Assembly (NCBI GenBank): GCA_963777605.1 | Contig: CAVZRV010000031.1 | Location: forward strand, 128,001-192,000 | Direction of reading: 5' to 3' | Source of the DNA: an uncultured Acidobacteriota bacterium | Lineage (GTDB): Bacteria > Acidobacteriota > UBA6911 > RPQK01 > JAPXNP01 | Length of the DNA stretch: 64,000 bases | Shown: piece after piece, positions 44,966 through 55,480 of the stretch | How positions within the stretch are numbered: position 1 is the first letter of the stretch | Layout: every line of letters starts with the position of its first letter | The notes under the pieces: generated by a model | Told to the model about the DNA's origin: nothing | The model's input: only the letters and a program-made list of their open reading frames with translations | The model's database searches: none | Made by a program: the position numbers and the translations under genes

Positions 44966-45985
44966 ATGATCAAAGAGTCTTCGTATCGTGGAACCACTCG
45001 CTGGGCCCTGTTCAGCCTACTGAGCTTGTCTCTCGCCGGTTCTGTTCCTGTTTCGGCGCAGGGGAAGATTCCCGTCATCCTCTCGACCGACGTGGGTAAC
45101 GAGATCGACGATCAGTGGGCGATTCTCTACACACTGTTCAGCGATGAGTTCGAGGTTCTTGGAGTCATCTCCGCCCACGCGCCATCTATTGCCCCCCCTG
45201 CGGGTCACACAGCCTATCGGATCCTCCGCGATATTGTCGAAGAGCGACTGGCTATGGATGTTCATCCCCCACTATTGGAAGGGGCGAGTTTCCCACTCGA
45301 GAGCAAGACCGCCCCTCAGCCCAGCGAAGGCGCAAGCTTCATCGTTCAGGCATCTCAGGGGTTCTCTGAGAACACTCGCCTTCGAGTATTGACAATTGGA
45401 GCGGGAACCGACGTCGCCTCGGCTCTCCTGATGGATCCGTCGCTTTCGGGCCGTATCCAAGTCTTGCTGATGGGCTTCGACGAGTGGCCCAAAGGAGGGG
45501 ACGGATTCAACATATTGAATGATGTCAAGGCAGCCCAGGTCATTTTTGAGTCGAATGTACCCATCGTTGTGGGTTGTGCGACAGTCTGCACCGAGAATCT
45601 CGGGCTGAAGTGGAACCAAGCGAAGGAGATGGTGAGTGAGCGCGGTCCCGTCGGGCGGTGGCTCTGGGACGAGTACCAAGCCTTCTATTATAGATACGTC
45701 AAACCCATGAGGATGGACGACTTTTCGAAGCCGTGGATCATTTGGGACACCATCGTTGTGGCTCATCTTCTGGGCTTTACGCAACACGCAACCTATGACC
45801 GGCCTGTGCTGAATGACGACGTCAGCTTCAGCCCCGGAGATCGGAAGAAGCAAATCACCTGGATCACCGATGTCGACGAGGAAGGTATGTGGGCGGACTT
45901 CCTCGAGAAACTGGACCGCCACCAGAGGACCTATTCGGTCGGCCCTTATCGTTTTCGGACTCGATTGACTTTTCTAATGCCTTAG
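44966..45985 (+). CDS. Exported nucleoside hydrolase
   Basis: STDVGNEIDDQWA, FNILND, WIIWD; signal peptide; paralog of 16470-17510. Confidence 0.88.
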   Translation: MIKESSYRGTTRWALFSLLSLSLAGSVPVSAQGKIPVILSTDVGNEIDDQWAILYTLFSDEFEVLGVISAHAPSIAPPAGHTAYRILRDIVEERLAMDVHPPLLEGASFPLESKTAPQPSEGASFIVQASQGFSENTRLRVLTIGAGTDVASALLMDPSLSGRIQVLLMGFDEWPKGGDGFNILNDVKAAQVIFESNVPIVVGCATVCTENLGLKWNQAKEMVSERGPVGRWLWDEYQAFYYRYVKPMRMDDFSKPWIIWDTIVVAHLLGFTQHATYDRPVLNDDVSFSPGDRKKQITWITDVDEEGMWADFLEKLDRHQRTYSVGPYRFRTRLTFLMP

Positions 45986-46086
45986 GACGGGTCACCCGAC
46001 ATCAGTTGGACTCTCTCTTGTCAGGTTTGAATCCTCAAAACCCAATCTGTCTTCGATCTTAAGGGGTCGCAGAACTGGAGGAAGAA

Positions 46087-47087
46087 ATGATGCGAATGGG
46101 CGCCTTCCCACTTATCCTTGTCTCGGCAATGCTGGGAATGCTGAGCGGTCCACCGTCGGCTTCAGGCCAGCCAGCGGACCCTGAAACGAAGATTCCTGTC
46201 TTCCTCTCGACTGATGTTGGGAATGAGATGGACGACCAGTGGGCCGTTGTCTACACGCTTCTGAGCCCAGAATTCGATGTGCTCGGGGTCGCCTCAGCTT
46301 ATGCCCCTCGATCCCGGCGCCTGCTGGCTTTGTGGGATATCAGCTTTTGCTGGATATCGTGGAAAACCGCCTGGATCTGAAAACGCACCCCCCTCTCGTA
46401 GAGGGCGCCAGCCAACCTCTGCCCGACTCGACAACTCCCAGGAGAAGCCAGGCTGCTCTTTCGATCATCGAGTCATCGCGGCCATTCTCACCGCGAAACC
46501 GGTTGAATGTCATGGCCATCGGTGCGCTGACGGACGTCGCTTCCGCAATCCTGCTCGATCCGTCCATTGTGGAGCGAATTCGGGTGATCGATATGGGGTT
46601 TAACAACTGGCCGGCAGGAGGGGACCTTTACAACATCATAAACGACATTCCCTCGGCTCAAGTCGTGTTCCATTCTAACGTGCCGGTCGTTGTCGGTTGC
46701 GCCGATGTCTGTCGTGAGAGTCTTTCAGTTGACTTTGCGGAGGCCAAGACACTGATCAGCAGCAGGGGGCCGATTGGGGACTGGCTCTGGGAAGAGTTTA
46801 CCGCTCACTATTTTCGCTTCGTCAAGCCGCTCCGGGTCGACGACTTCTCCAACAAGAAGGTGATCTGGGACGTCATCGTGATCGCCTATCTGCTGAATAT
46901 GACAGATCACGTAACCCATCCTCGCCCCGCGGTCGAGGACGATGCTTCGTTTGGGCCGCTCAGACCGGACAGTGAGGTGACCTGGATTACCGATCTCGAC
47001 GAGAATCGGATGTGGGCCGACTTCCTCGCGAAGTTGGATCGTTTTCAAAAAACTCACAGAATTGGGTCCGCGGATCAAAGGGATTAG
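46087..47087 (+). CDS. Exported nucleoside hydrolase, frameshift near 46305
   Basis: STDVGNEMDDQWA, YNIIND, VIWD; signal peptide. Confidence 0.85.
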
Positions 47088-47152
47088 TCCGACAGAGCCG
47101 AGGTTGAGCCCAGTGATCCGGAGCCCCGAGGCCATACGGGAAAGCCGGTGCG

Positions 47153-47176
47153 TCCCCGACGTCAACTACACTTCCC
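47153..47176 (-). repeat. Terminal inverted-repeat-like motif, copy B
   Basis: Reverse complement GGGAAGTGTAGTTGACGTCGGGGA; followed by TA at 47177-47178. Confidence 0.8.
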
Positions 47177-47179
47177 TAT

Positions 47180-47557
47180 CGCGCAGCAGGGCCTTTCGTC
47201 GAGTTTCGTCAATGTGACGGTTTGTGCCCTGCGCTTTCTCTACCGGGTGACGTTGAACTGCGACTGGAACATCAAGCGACCCGCCCCACGGACTGGTGGT
47301 TTCCGGGGCGCGGAAACGATCGGCCTGTTTCCTCGAACACGGTCCAGGGCGTGTGTCGCAAAGCCGCCCTGGCCTCGGGGCTAAGAAAGCGGGTCACCCC
47401 TCATTTCTTGCGCCATAGCTTCGCCACCCATCTCTTGGAGGGCGGAGCCGACCTTAGAAAGATCCAGCTTCTGCTCGGCCACCAGAGCCTTGCCTCAACC
47501 GTCCGCTATACCCACATGGCGCTGCAGCAAATTCCGCAGACTGCTCAGCGACAATAA
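47180..47557 (+). pseudogene. Tyrosine recombinase fragment (type found with IS91-like transposases)
   Basis: [11 protein letters not shown]; [41 protein letters not shown]. Confidence 0.85.
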
Positions 47558-47591
47558 CATTTCCCTGGGAAATGTAGTTGACGTCGGGGAG
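47549..47591. repeat. Back-to-back terminal-repeat-like motifs (copies D and C)
   Basis: CGACAATAACATTTCCC-T-GGGAAATGTAGTTGACGTCGGGGAG; D matches the motif 14/17. Confidence 0.7.
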
Positions 47592-47659
47592 CAGACGGCG
47601 AACCCGCTGGACTCACTCCCTGAACTCGAAGGCTAATGGGGCGTCCGACTCTGGAGTTG

Positions 47660-47905
47660 GAGGGACTCGCCGAGCCGCGAGGCTTCGTTCACATTCGCTA
47701 CTATGGATTCCTGGCCAATCGCCATCGAGCAGAAAACCTCTTCGTTTACCGTCGTTTACTGGCGGAGCAACAGGTCGTCGCGGCAGGCTCAATGGCGGGG
47801 GAACCCGGCAGCGGTTTCGAGACGCCGGCCAGCCTCGATCTGTCGATGTGCCCTTTCTGTCAGCAAGGGAAACTGTTTCGCGTCGAAACCTTCTCGGCAG
47901 CGTAG
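47660..47905 (+). pseudogene. IS91-family transposase C-terminal fragment
   Basis: PRGFVHIRYYGFLANRHR..CPFCQQGKL. Confidence 0.8.
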
Positions 47906-47952
47906 CGGGCCAGACCAAGACACTTCAAGGGGATTCGAAGGAACCTCGCCGG

Positions 47953-49075
47953 TCACCTCCGGCCTGCCATCTCGGGGTACAGTTCCAGGATGCCTTCCTC
48001 AGATGCTCGGCAGATCCCGCGCTCCGTGATCAGCCCCGTCACCAGACGGGCCGGGGTCACGTCGAAGGCATAGTTGGCTGCGGGACTGGAGGCCGGGGTC
48101 ACCAGCACAGATTCGACCTTGTCTCGGACAAGCCCGTCCACCCATTTCACTTCCGACTCACTCCGCTCTTCGATCGGGATTTCTTTCACTCCATCGCGCA
48201 AGACCCAGTCGAAAGACGAGGAGGGCAGGGCGACGTAGAAGGGGATGTTGTTGTCTGCGAGCGGCCAGCGCCTTCAGGTAGGTGCCTATCTTGTTGGCTA
48301 CGTCGCCCGTATACAGGGTTCGATCCGTTCCCGTAATGACCATGTCCACCCGTCCATGCTGCATCAGGTGGCCGCCGGCATTGTCGACGATCACGGTGTG
48401 AGGGACGCCGTGTTGGCCCAGTTCCCAGGCCGTCAGGCCCGCTCCCTGATTCCGGGGTCGCGTCTCGTCGACCCAAACGTGAACCCGGATTCCGGCGTCA
48501 TGCGCCTCGTAGATCGGGGCAGTGGCGGTTCCATAGTCAACAAAGGCGAGCCATCCCGCGTTGCAGTGAGTGAGGATGTTGACGCGCTCGCCCCCCTTCT
48601 TCGAGCGGATCTCCTCAATGATCCTGAGGCCGTGTTCTCCGATTCGCCGGCAGTACTCCGAATCCTCGTCTGCAATCCTGTCGGCTGTTTGCCGCAGAGC
48701 GTGGATCATCCCATCGATGCCCAGAACCCTGTTCAGCACTCCGACCTGCCGGTTCACGGCCCACTCCAGATTCACGGCGGTCGGCCGGCTCTCCTTGAGT
48801 CTGCGGGCACTGGAGTCCATCGCCTCCAGAAACGCATCGTCCGAACACCGTGGTGAAGTCAGCCCGCCCAGGTACATTCCGTAACCTGCGGCTGCTCCGA
48901 TCAGCCCCGCCCCCCGAACATGCATCTCAGAGATTGCGACGACGACCTCATCTACGGTTCTCAGGTCTTCAATTACAAACCGATGCGGCAGGTGACGCTG
49001 ATCGATGATTTGAACAACGCTCGGGTCGTCCTTCTTCCGCCAAATTGTTCGAAAGTGCTGCCCCTCGACCTTCAA
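47953..49075 (-). CDS. mtnA: S-methyl-5-thioribose-1-phosphate isomerase, frameshift near 48260
   Basis: MHVRGAGLIG, RPTAVNL, THCNAGWLA, DETRPRNQG, GDVANKIGT, NYAFDVTP. Confidence 0.93.
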
Positions 49076-49149
49076 TCGTCCGTCCCCTTCCTTGGCGCTC
49101 CCTGTCGCATTAATTTCGTCTAGTGTCGCCTTGCTGAAGTAGATTACTT

Positions 49150-49530
49150 AATTTCCGAGCGTGAGCCATGCTGTGCGCATGCCAGGACGTGCCCCTGAAA
49201 TCGTGCTGACCGCCGAAAAACCGTTTTCGAGAAACACGGTGAAGGCGTCGAGCCTCGCCTTAGCAGGACGTTCTGCGACGCTATCCGGGTCGGGAGCTGC
49301 ACGTGATCGTCGACAATGGCTCGTTTCATCGCAGCTGGGAAACCAGCGACTAGGATCGCCAAAACAAGCGTCTGAATCTTCATTACAACCCGACCCATGC
49401 CAGTTGATTGAATCAGATCGAGATCTGGTTCGGGAATCTGACCCGCAAGATCGTCCACCGTGGCATCCTCTAGTCCAGAGAATAGTTGGTGGCCAAATTG
49501 ATCGATTTAGTCCCGACCTACAATCCCGAG
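49150..49530 (+). pseudogene. IS630-family transposase C-terminal remnant
   Basis: HVIVDNGSFH..YNPTHAS*LNQIEIWFGNLTRK. Confidence 0.75.
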
Positions 49531-49539
49531 GCCCGTCCC

Positions 49540-49845
49540 TTTATGTGGACATGATCCGGTCTCAGGTATCCCTCTTCGAGCTCGCTTTCCTCGTGCCGCG
49601 CCAACTGACGAAACGCCGGAGTCCAGTTCCCCACGCAACGTTCCCGCAGATCACTTTCCGCCTGCACTTTGGAATGAACGCCCGTGATACTTACACTCCC
49701 ACTTCGTGCGCTGTAGACTGCTGTAGTTCGTCATTGAAGTCCCTTTCGTGATGCTTTGGTCGGCTCACGAAGAGACTTCTCAAATCAGATTTCCGAAAAT
49801 GTCAAACTTCGGCTGCCTCCCCGGCAGAACCGGAGGGACTCCCGA
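49540..49845 (-). mobile_element. tnpA: IS200/IS605 left end with TnpA N-terminal remnant
   Basis: MTNYSSLQRTKWECKYH..FIPKCRRK..PDHVHI (HUH); left-end hairpin CTCCCCGGCAGAACCGGAGGG. Confidence 0.8.
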
Positions 49846-49851
49846 TTTGGC

Positions 49852-50742
49852 CTAGATCGACTTCAACGCAGTCGCGTTCCAGATCTTCCCCTCACCTTCA
49901 ATGGCGCGCTCTATGTCCCGAAGGGCCAAGGCGACGTAGAGTGCGTCCACAATTGTGCTTTGGGCGATCCTCGAGGCGATCGTTTCCGAGCGGGTTTCAC
50001 TGGAGACACTCAACAATGTGACGTCCGCGTACTCCGTAATCGGGGACTGCGCATTCCCGGTGATGCATATTGTTTGACCCCCATTCCTTTTTGCTTCAGC
50101 CATCGTAAGGACCGGGTCACTGGAACTACCGGATTGGGAAATACCAACCACCACATCTCCCGGCCGGATGAGAGCGGCTTGCATAAGCTGCAGGTACGAA
50201 TCGGTCTCGGCGCGGCAATTAAGCCCCAGACGAAACAAGAAATTGTACATCGACTGCACGATCAGCCCCGGAGTGCCCACTCCGACCAGCAGGATCAGAC
50301 TCGACTTTGCTCCTTCAAGCATGTCGACTGCTTTCTCAAATCCCTCCAGGTCAAGAACCTCCATCGTGTCCTTAAGGGCCTGGATATTCGCCAGAAAGAC
50401 CTTGCGGGCAACGGTAGGCGGGGTGTCGTCCGCGGCCAGATCATCGTGAATGACCTGTGTCGGAGATGCCATGTCCCGCTCAACGGCAGGCTTCGAATCG
50501 GTATACCCGTGAAAACCCACCGCTCGGCAAAATCGTAGCACGGTCGTGTCGCTGACACCGCATTCGCGGGCAACCTGCGCCATGGACAAGCGGACAATCT
50601 GCTGGCTGTTCTGAAGAACCCAGGAGGCAACGTCCGACTCCGCCCGAGCTAGACCGGGAAGGTGACTGCGAATTTGGGACAGAGCTTTCAAGCTCGAGAC
50701 CGAAGGGGCCACTCCACCCGCCAATGTTGTTTCCTCTTCCAT
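49852..50742 (-). CDS. RpiR/MurR family transcriptional regulator (HTH plus SIS)
   Basis: VARECGVSDTTVLRFCRAVGFHGY, ISQSGSS, ITGNAQSPI, SRIAQ. Confidence 0.92.
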   Translation of the reverse strand: MEEETTLAGGVAPSVSSLKALSQIRSHLPGLARAESDVASWVLQNSQQIVRLSMAQVARECGVSDTTVLRFCRAVGFHGYTDSKPAVERDMASPTQVIHDDLAADDTPPTVARKVFLANIQALKDTMEVLDLEGFEKAVDMLEGAKSSLILLVGVGTPGLIVQSMYNFLFRLGLNCRAETDSYLQLMQAALIRPGDVVVGISQSGSSSDPVLTMAEAKRNGGQTICITGNAQSPITEYADVTLLSVSSETRSETIASRIAQSTIVDALYVALALRDIERAIEGEGKIWNATALKSI

Positions 50743-51011
50743 GGTTCTCACTCCGTCTTCAGGACCCGGACAATGGGACTGTCTTCCAAGGCAATCCTCA
50801 ACCCACATTCCGGCCTCTGCCACACCCCAGACCTTTTCCCCGTCCAACTTTCGGGGAACCGCCCCCCCCAAAAAAATCTCAATGGCAAGCGTCAAGGTAG
50901 CAGTATACTGCCCAGATAATCAGGTGCATGTCGTGGTACCACTTTCACCCGTTCAAACTCCGAGGGCACAGCAGCCGCTCGCTCAAGCTGGGCAGCAGCG
51001 ATCCGCCGTTG

Positions 51012-52047
51012 TCAATCGAACAGTTCCGGCAAGGACTGCGAATAGGGCGGCGTCACAATGCCTCTCTCCGTGACAATTGCGGTAACCAGTTCGTGAGGAG
51101 TGACGTCGAACGCAGGACTTTGGCTCGTGTGCCTTCCGGCGCCGTCTGGATTCCGCCGCATCGCGTCACTCCTCGGTCTTCCGCTCTTCGATCGGGATCT
51201 GTTTTCCGAAGGGGTATCCATGTCGATGGTCGGTGTCGGAGCCGCCACGTAGAAAGGGACCTTAAAGTAGTGGGCGAGGATCGCCAGGCTCAGCTTACCT
51301 ACTTTGTTCGCCACGTCCCCGTTTGCCGCTACGCGATCCGTGTCCGTGATCACCGCGTCGACTTTCCCCTGAGAAAGCACCACTCCCGCCGCACTGTCGC
51401 AGATCAGTGTGACGTCAATCCCCGCCGACTGTAGCTCCAGAGTCGTAAGTCGGGCGCCCTGCAAATAGGGACGGGTCTCATCGGCGTAGACTCTCATGTT
51501 CCACCCTCTCTCCTTCGCCAGAAACATGGGAGCGGTTGCAGTTCCGTAGGCTGTCGCAAGGCTGCCCGCGTTGCAGTGAGTCAGCAGACTCACCCCGTCG
51601 CCGATCATGGTCAGGAGGTTCTGACCGAATTCCTTGCAGATCTCCGCATCCTCCTGAAAGATCCGGTTCGCCTCCGCCTCCAAGACTCTCCTCTTTTCGC
51701 AAACCGAGAGGGATTCGAGCCGGTTCACCTTCGTAAGCATTCGATCAAGGACCCAGGAGAGATTGGCTCCGGTGGGACAAGCTCAGGCGAGAAACTCGGC
51801 ATGCCCTCTCAAGGTTCGCATGAATTTGGCATGACCGATCTCTCCCAGATCCCGGACGCCGAGGCAAAGGCCATACGCGGCTGCAATCCCGATCAGCGGC
51901 GCCCCGCGCAGTTCCATGTCCCGAATCGCCCGGAACACCTCTGCTACGGAGTTCCTGGGATTGTACTGACGTGTCCGGAAAGTCGAGTTCGTTCAAGACA
52001 TAGAGTGTCCATCCCTCCACTCGATTTGTTTCAGCCCTCCTGACACA
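51012..52047 (-). CDS. mtnA: Second methylthioribose-1-phosphate isomerase (MtnA/DrdI-like), frameshifted
   Basis: [47 protein letters not shown]. Confidence 0.88.
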
Positions 52048-52049
52048 TG

Positions 52050-53281
52050 CTCTCCATTTCTGAGTTCTCTCTCGAACTGGAGCACCCGGGACGGATTGAT
52101 CAGGCAATCCTCCGCCCCGCAAATGCCGTCACATCCTCGATATCCGAGAATGAGTGCCGATTCATGACCAGATCTTCACCCAATTCGAGGATCAGCGTTT
52201 GGACCCTCTACGCCTTTCAAGGTCTGCGATCCATCGACATCGACATTGTGCGCGAGACCGCATGGCGGGATCATGACGATACCTGCATAGCCGATGGTGT
52301 CCACAAACAGGTTCCCATGAGGGTCTCGCGAAAGCCAACCGCCGTGGTCATGCTGTCGCGAGCGTCCTTCTCCCAATTCACTTTGAACTTCTGGTCGATT
52401 CCGGTAAGTCTCGTTGATCGTTCCCAACAAGTACTTCGATAGTCCCGATCTCTTCGGCCGGATTGTCCTTGCCGTTCCAGGAGACATAGTTGATGAGGAG
52501 ATTACCGATCAGAAGCCCGGGATCGAACGCAATTGGCCCGAAGAAGGCAAACTCGGAATCGAAGGCCTTCGTCCGGGTCTCGTCTGCGAAGATCACCCAG
52601 AGTGCAGGTCACCGTCCCAGGAATCTCTGCAGCCGTGAGAGCTTGCATTAGAATTTCGAGGCCTCCAACCGCAAACAACTCTTCTTCCAAAACACTCTTT
52701 GAGTAGCGTCTCAAGCAGTACTCACGTTGTTGCGCGGGCAATCGTAGTAGGATCGGTAAAGATCAGGTCCTCTGTGATACAATACAGCACTGGGTTAGTC
52801 AACTCCTTTACCAGTCGCTTCTTTTCTTTTGGATCTCTATGCAGGTCGGAAGTTAGAGAGCACATTGGCCATGAACGTCGAGATTTGATCCGCAAAACGT
52901 GGATATTTCTTCATTCGGATCGTGCGGCCACGCAGCACTCCTAGGCCAGACAGATCTTCCATAACAATGAGAGCCATCTCTTCGTCGATTCGATGACCTT
53001 TGGAACAAGACCCGGAGCCAATTCGTCCTGGATTTGAAGTGCCTTCCCTTCGCGAACCGCGCGACTTAGGTCCAGGGGCCACTCCTCTCCAACACATCGG
53101 ACATAGGGCAACGCCTGTTTGACGACTAGAGATTCTCCGCTCCCCGCCCTCCGGACACGGAAGACCAAGTGATGTTTCCGTCGCCGATTTCTTCAGCGGA
53201 CCACGGAGCTCCCCCTGACGCAACGTCCAGGCGCTGCACGTAGTCAGCACAACTCTTTTCGTCGAGGGTTTGATAGCTCAT
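52050..53281 (-). CDS. mtnK: S-methyl-5-thioribose kinase (MtnK/DrdK-like), heavily frameshifted
   Basis: EEIGDGN, VVKQALPYVRCVGEEWPL, VMEDLS, ITEDLIFTDPY, DSEFAFFGPIAFDPG, GLAHNVD. Confidence 0.88.
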
Positions 53282-53402
53282 CCGGAATTCTCCATAGCGT
53301 CTCAACAACTAGGTCGGTTCGGAGCAGCAGTACATCCCTGGAGCATCCTGTGAAGCAGCACCACAGCTAAAATAGTGCGCCAGGCACCGCCGTCAAGCCC
53401 CG

Positions 53403-53436
53403 ACCACCCTCGACGCAGAGCCATTCCGAGGGTGGT
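53403..53436. terminator. GC-rich hairpin between the dGTPase 3' end and the mtnK promoter region
   Basis: ACCACCCTCG-N14-CGAGGGTGGT perfect 10-bp stem; no clear U-tract. Confidence 0.3.
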
Positions 53437-53537
53437 GGAAGTGCGGCAGGCAGAAGTGTCCACCGCTGAGGGCAACGCTTTAAGCGGCTGGGCCTGATGA
53501 CCCGAAATGTCTCACTTTCGAGCACAGCGGGGTTACG

Positions 53538-55029
53538 TCAGTATTGGCCCAAGACCCAAAACGGCTTAAATATCGTCTGGTAGTTCTCCGATGTGAGACG
53601 AGCGAAGAATTCGCCAGCATAGCGATCGGTCATTCCGGCGATGAAGTCGCAGATTACTCTGACTCTTTGACCGTCGGTGCTGGTCTGGCCAAGCTGTTCA
53701 CGCAGTCAGCCGGAGCAACTGATAGCCATGCTCATCGGCAAGGAATCGAAGATCTCCCTGACTATCTTCCCTCCCCTGAAAGCGACGATCTTCAGCCGAT
53801 TCGAGTTGATGAGAAGGACGTAAATCAAGGCTTGGGACCGGATCCGAAAGCGCTCCTCGGGCTCGACCTCGACTTTTGACGCCTTTGGACAACGATCATT
53901 GAAGATGAAACGCACCGCGCCATCTCCGACAAGGGGACTCGTCAATTGCGAACGAAAGAAGCCACTTCGCGCGCGTATTTCCGCCAGCCGATGCGCAGAG
54001 CCCAGCGCCCGAGGTCCGGCTGTCTTCCATTTTGAATCAAAGCCCAGGAAATCCTCATGAAATGCATCTAGAATGATCTGACTCACCTGGCTGGCGTCAG
54101 TTTTCCCAGTCCCTGGACGGCCCGAGTTCATCGGTGGTTCGGCGAGCGACCGCTTCCAACACCTCATCTCCGGGAAACAGTATTTCTAGGGGGAGCAACA
54201 GTTCCCCCTTTAGCGCGTCTTCCAGGTCATATGTTGAGTAGGGGATATCATCGGCAATATCCATATCTGGCATTCGAGCGTCTTCATCGCGCCTCTGCCC
54301 CACCCGACATCTTTTCGGATCCTTGACACAACAGCGGCCTCTGAAGGGTGTAACCCTTTTCCACTTTCGCTTCGCCAGCGTTTGGAGCCCCTTCATAACG
54401 AATCTCCCGATCGTACTTGAGGACCGCTGCGAGACTCCTCGCACACAGGTCAGCCCGCAAGCTGAGTGCTGTCCTTTACTGTCGTACCAGCGGGGCCTGT
54501 TCTTGCGGCGGCCACTTTGGAAAAGCTGTTTGGATGGATCGTCTAGTTTCTTTTCCAAGCGGCTCAGAAGCCGGAGTGTTTGCGCATTCCCCTCGAATCC
54601 TTCGGCTCCCCCCGTCCTCTCGATCATAATTCGGTTAAGGGCATCCTCTCCGGTATGCCCAAAGGGAGGATGTCCCAAGTCGTGAGCAAGGCCAGCAAAT
54701 TCTACGAGATCCAAGTCCAGCGGACAGCCCAGCTCTTCGAGCATCTGGAAGTTCAGTTTGACCGCGATGCTTTTGGCGATCTGAGCGACTTCGAGAGAAT
54801 GGGTCATGCGATTCCTGAAGAAGTCGGACTCGAGACCGGCAAACAGCTGGGTCTTTCCTTGAAGTCTTCTAAAGGCAGGAGCCTGGATGAGTCGAGCATA
54901 GTCTCGTCGGAATGGGGAGCGCCAACGACCTCTTGGAAGATCGCAAGCCTCATCCAGCAACGGTAGGACCCGCAGATAATCCCCACGAGAATAGAGCAGG
55001 CTATTAATTGTGTTCACGAGATGTGGCAT
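53538..55029 (-). CDS. dgt: dNTP triphosphohydrolase (dGTPase family), frameshifted
   Basis: [69 protein letters not shown]. Confidence 0.9.
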
Positions 55030-55321
55030 CCGAGCAGGACTCTACCATTCGGCGAATGTTTCCAATCCTTCCGGCATCCGGAATTCTCGGCGCGACTTCA
55101 AATCGGATCGAAGGGACTCGTGGCACCGGCGGAAAGGAACTGTGCAATCTCCATCGATCCGGATTCTTTCCAGTCACTTTGAGGACTGTTTCGAAGTGAT
55201 CGTACCATCAGCGTTCGAGCCGACGCGAGTACCAATTTGTTTCCCGGCAAGGAATCAGAAAGTTCCTGTTCGCGGGAGTCAGCAGGGCGCGATCCATCGG
55301 CACGAAGCAGCCAAGTTCTCA

Positions 55322-55480
55322 CTCATAACGGCCGAACTCTTCGACCAGGGGATAGAGGGGTCTCCAGGTTCGTCGGAAGTGTGCCGGGGGGCCACTGAGC
55401 AGGCAGAGCTAAGGATGTACACTCCTCCAGGCATGGCGACGGAAAGCCGTCTCCGCACATCCTCTCGGATGAGGGTGTAA
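55322..55480 (-). pseudogene. C-terminal fragment of a second URO-D family protein, truncated by IS6
   Basis: IREDVRRRL..PGGVYILSSACSV..NLE..VEEFGRY; abuts the IS6 left end. Confidence 0.6.
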
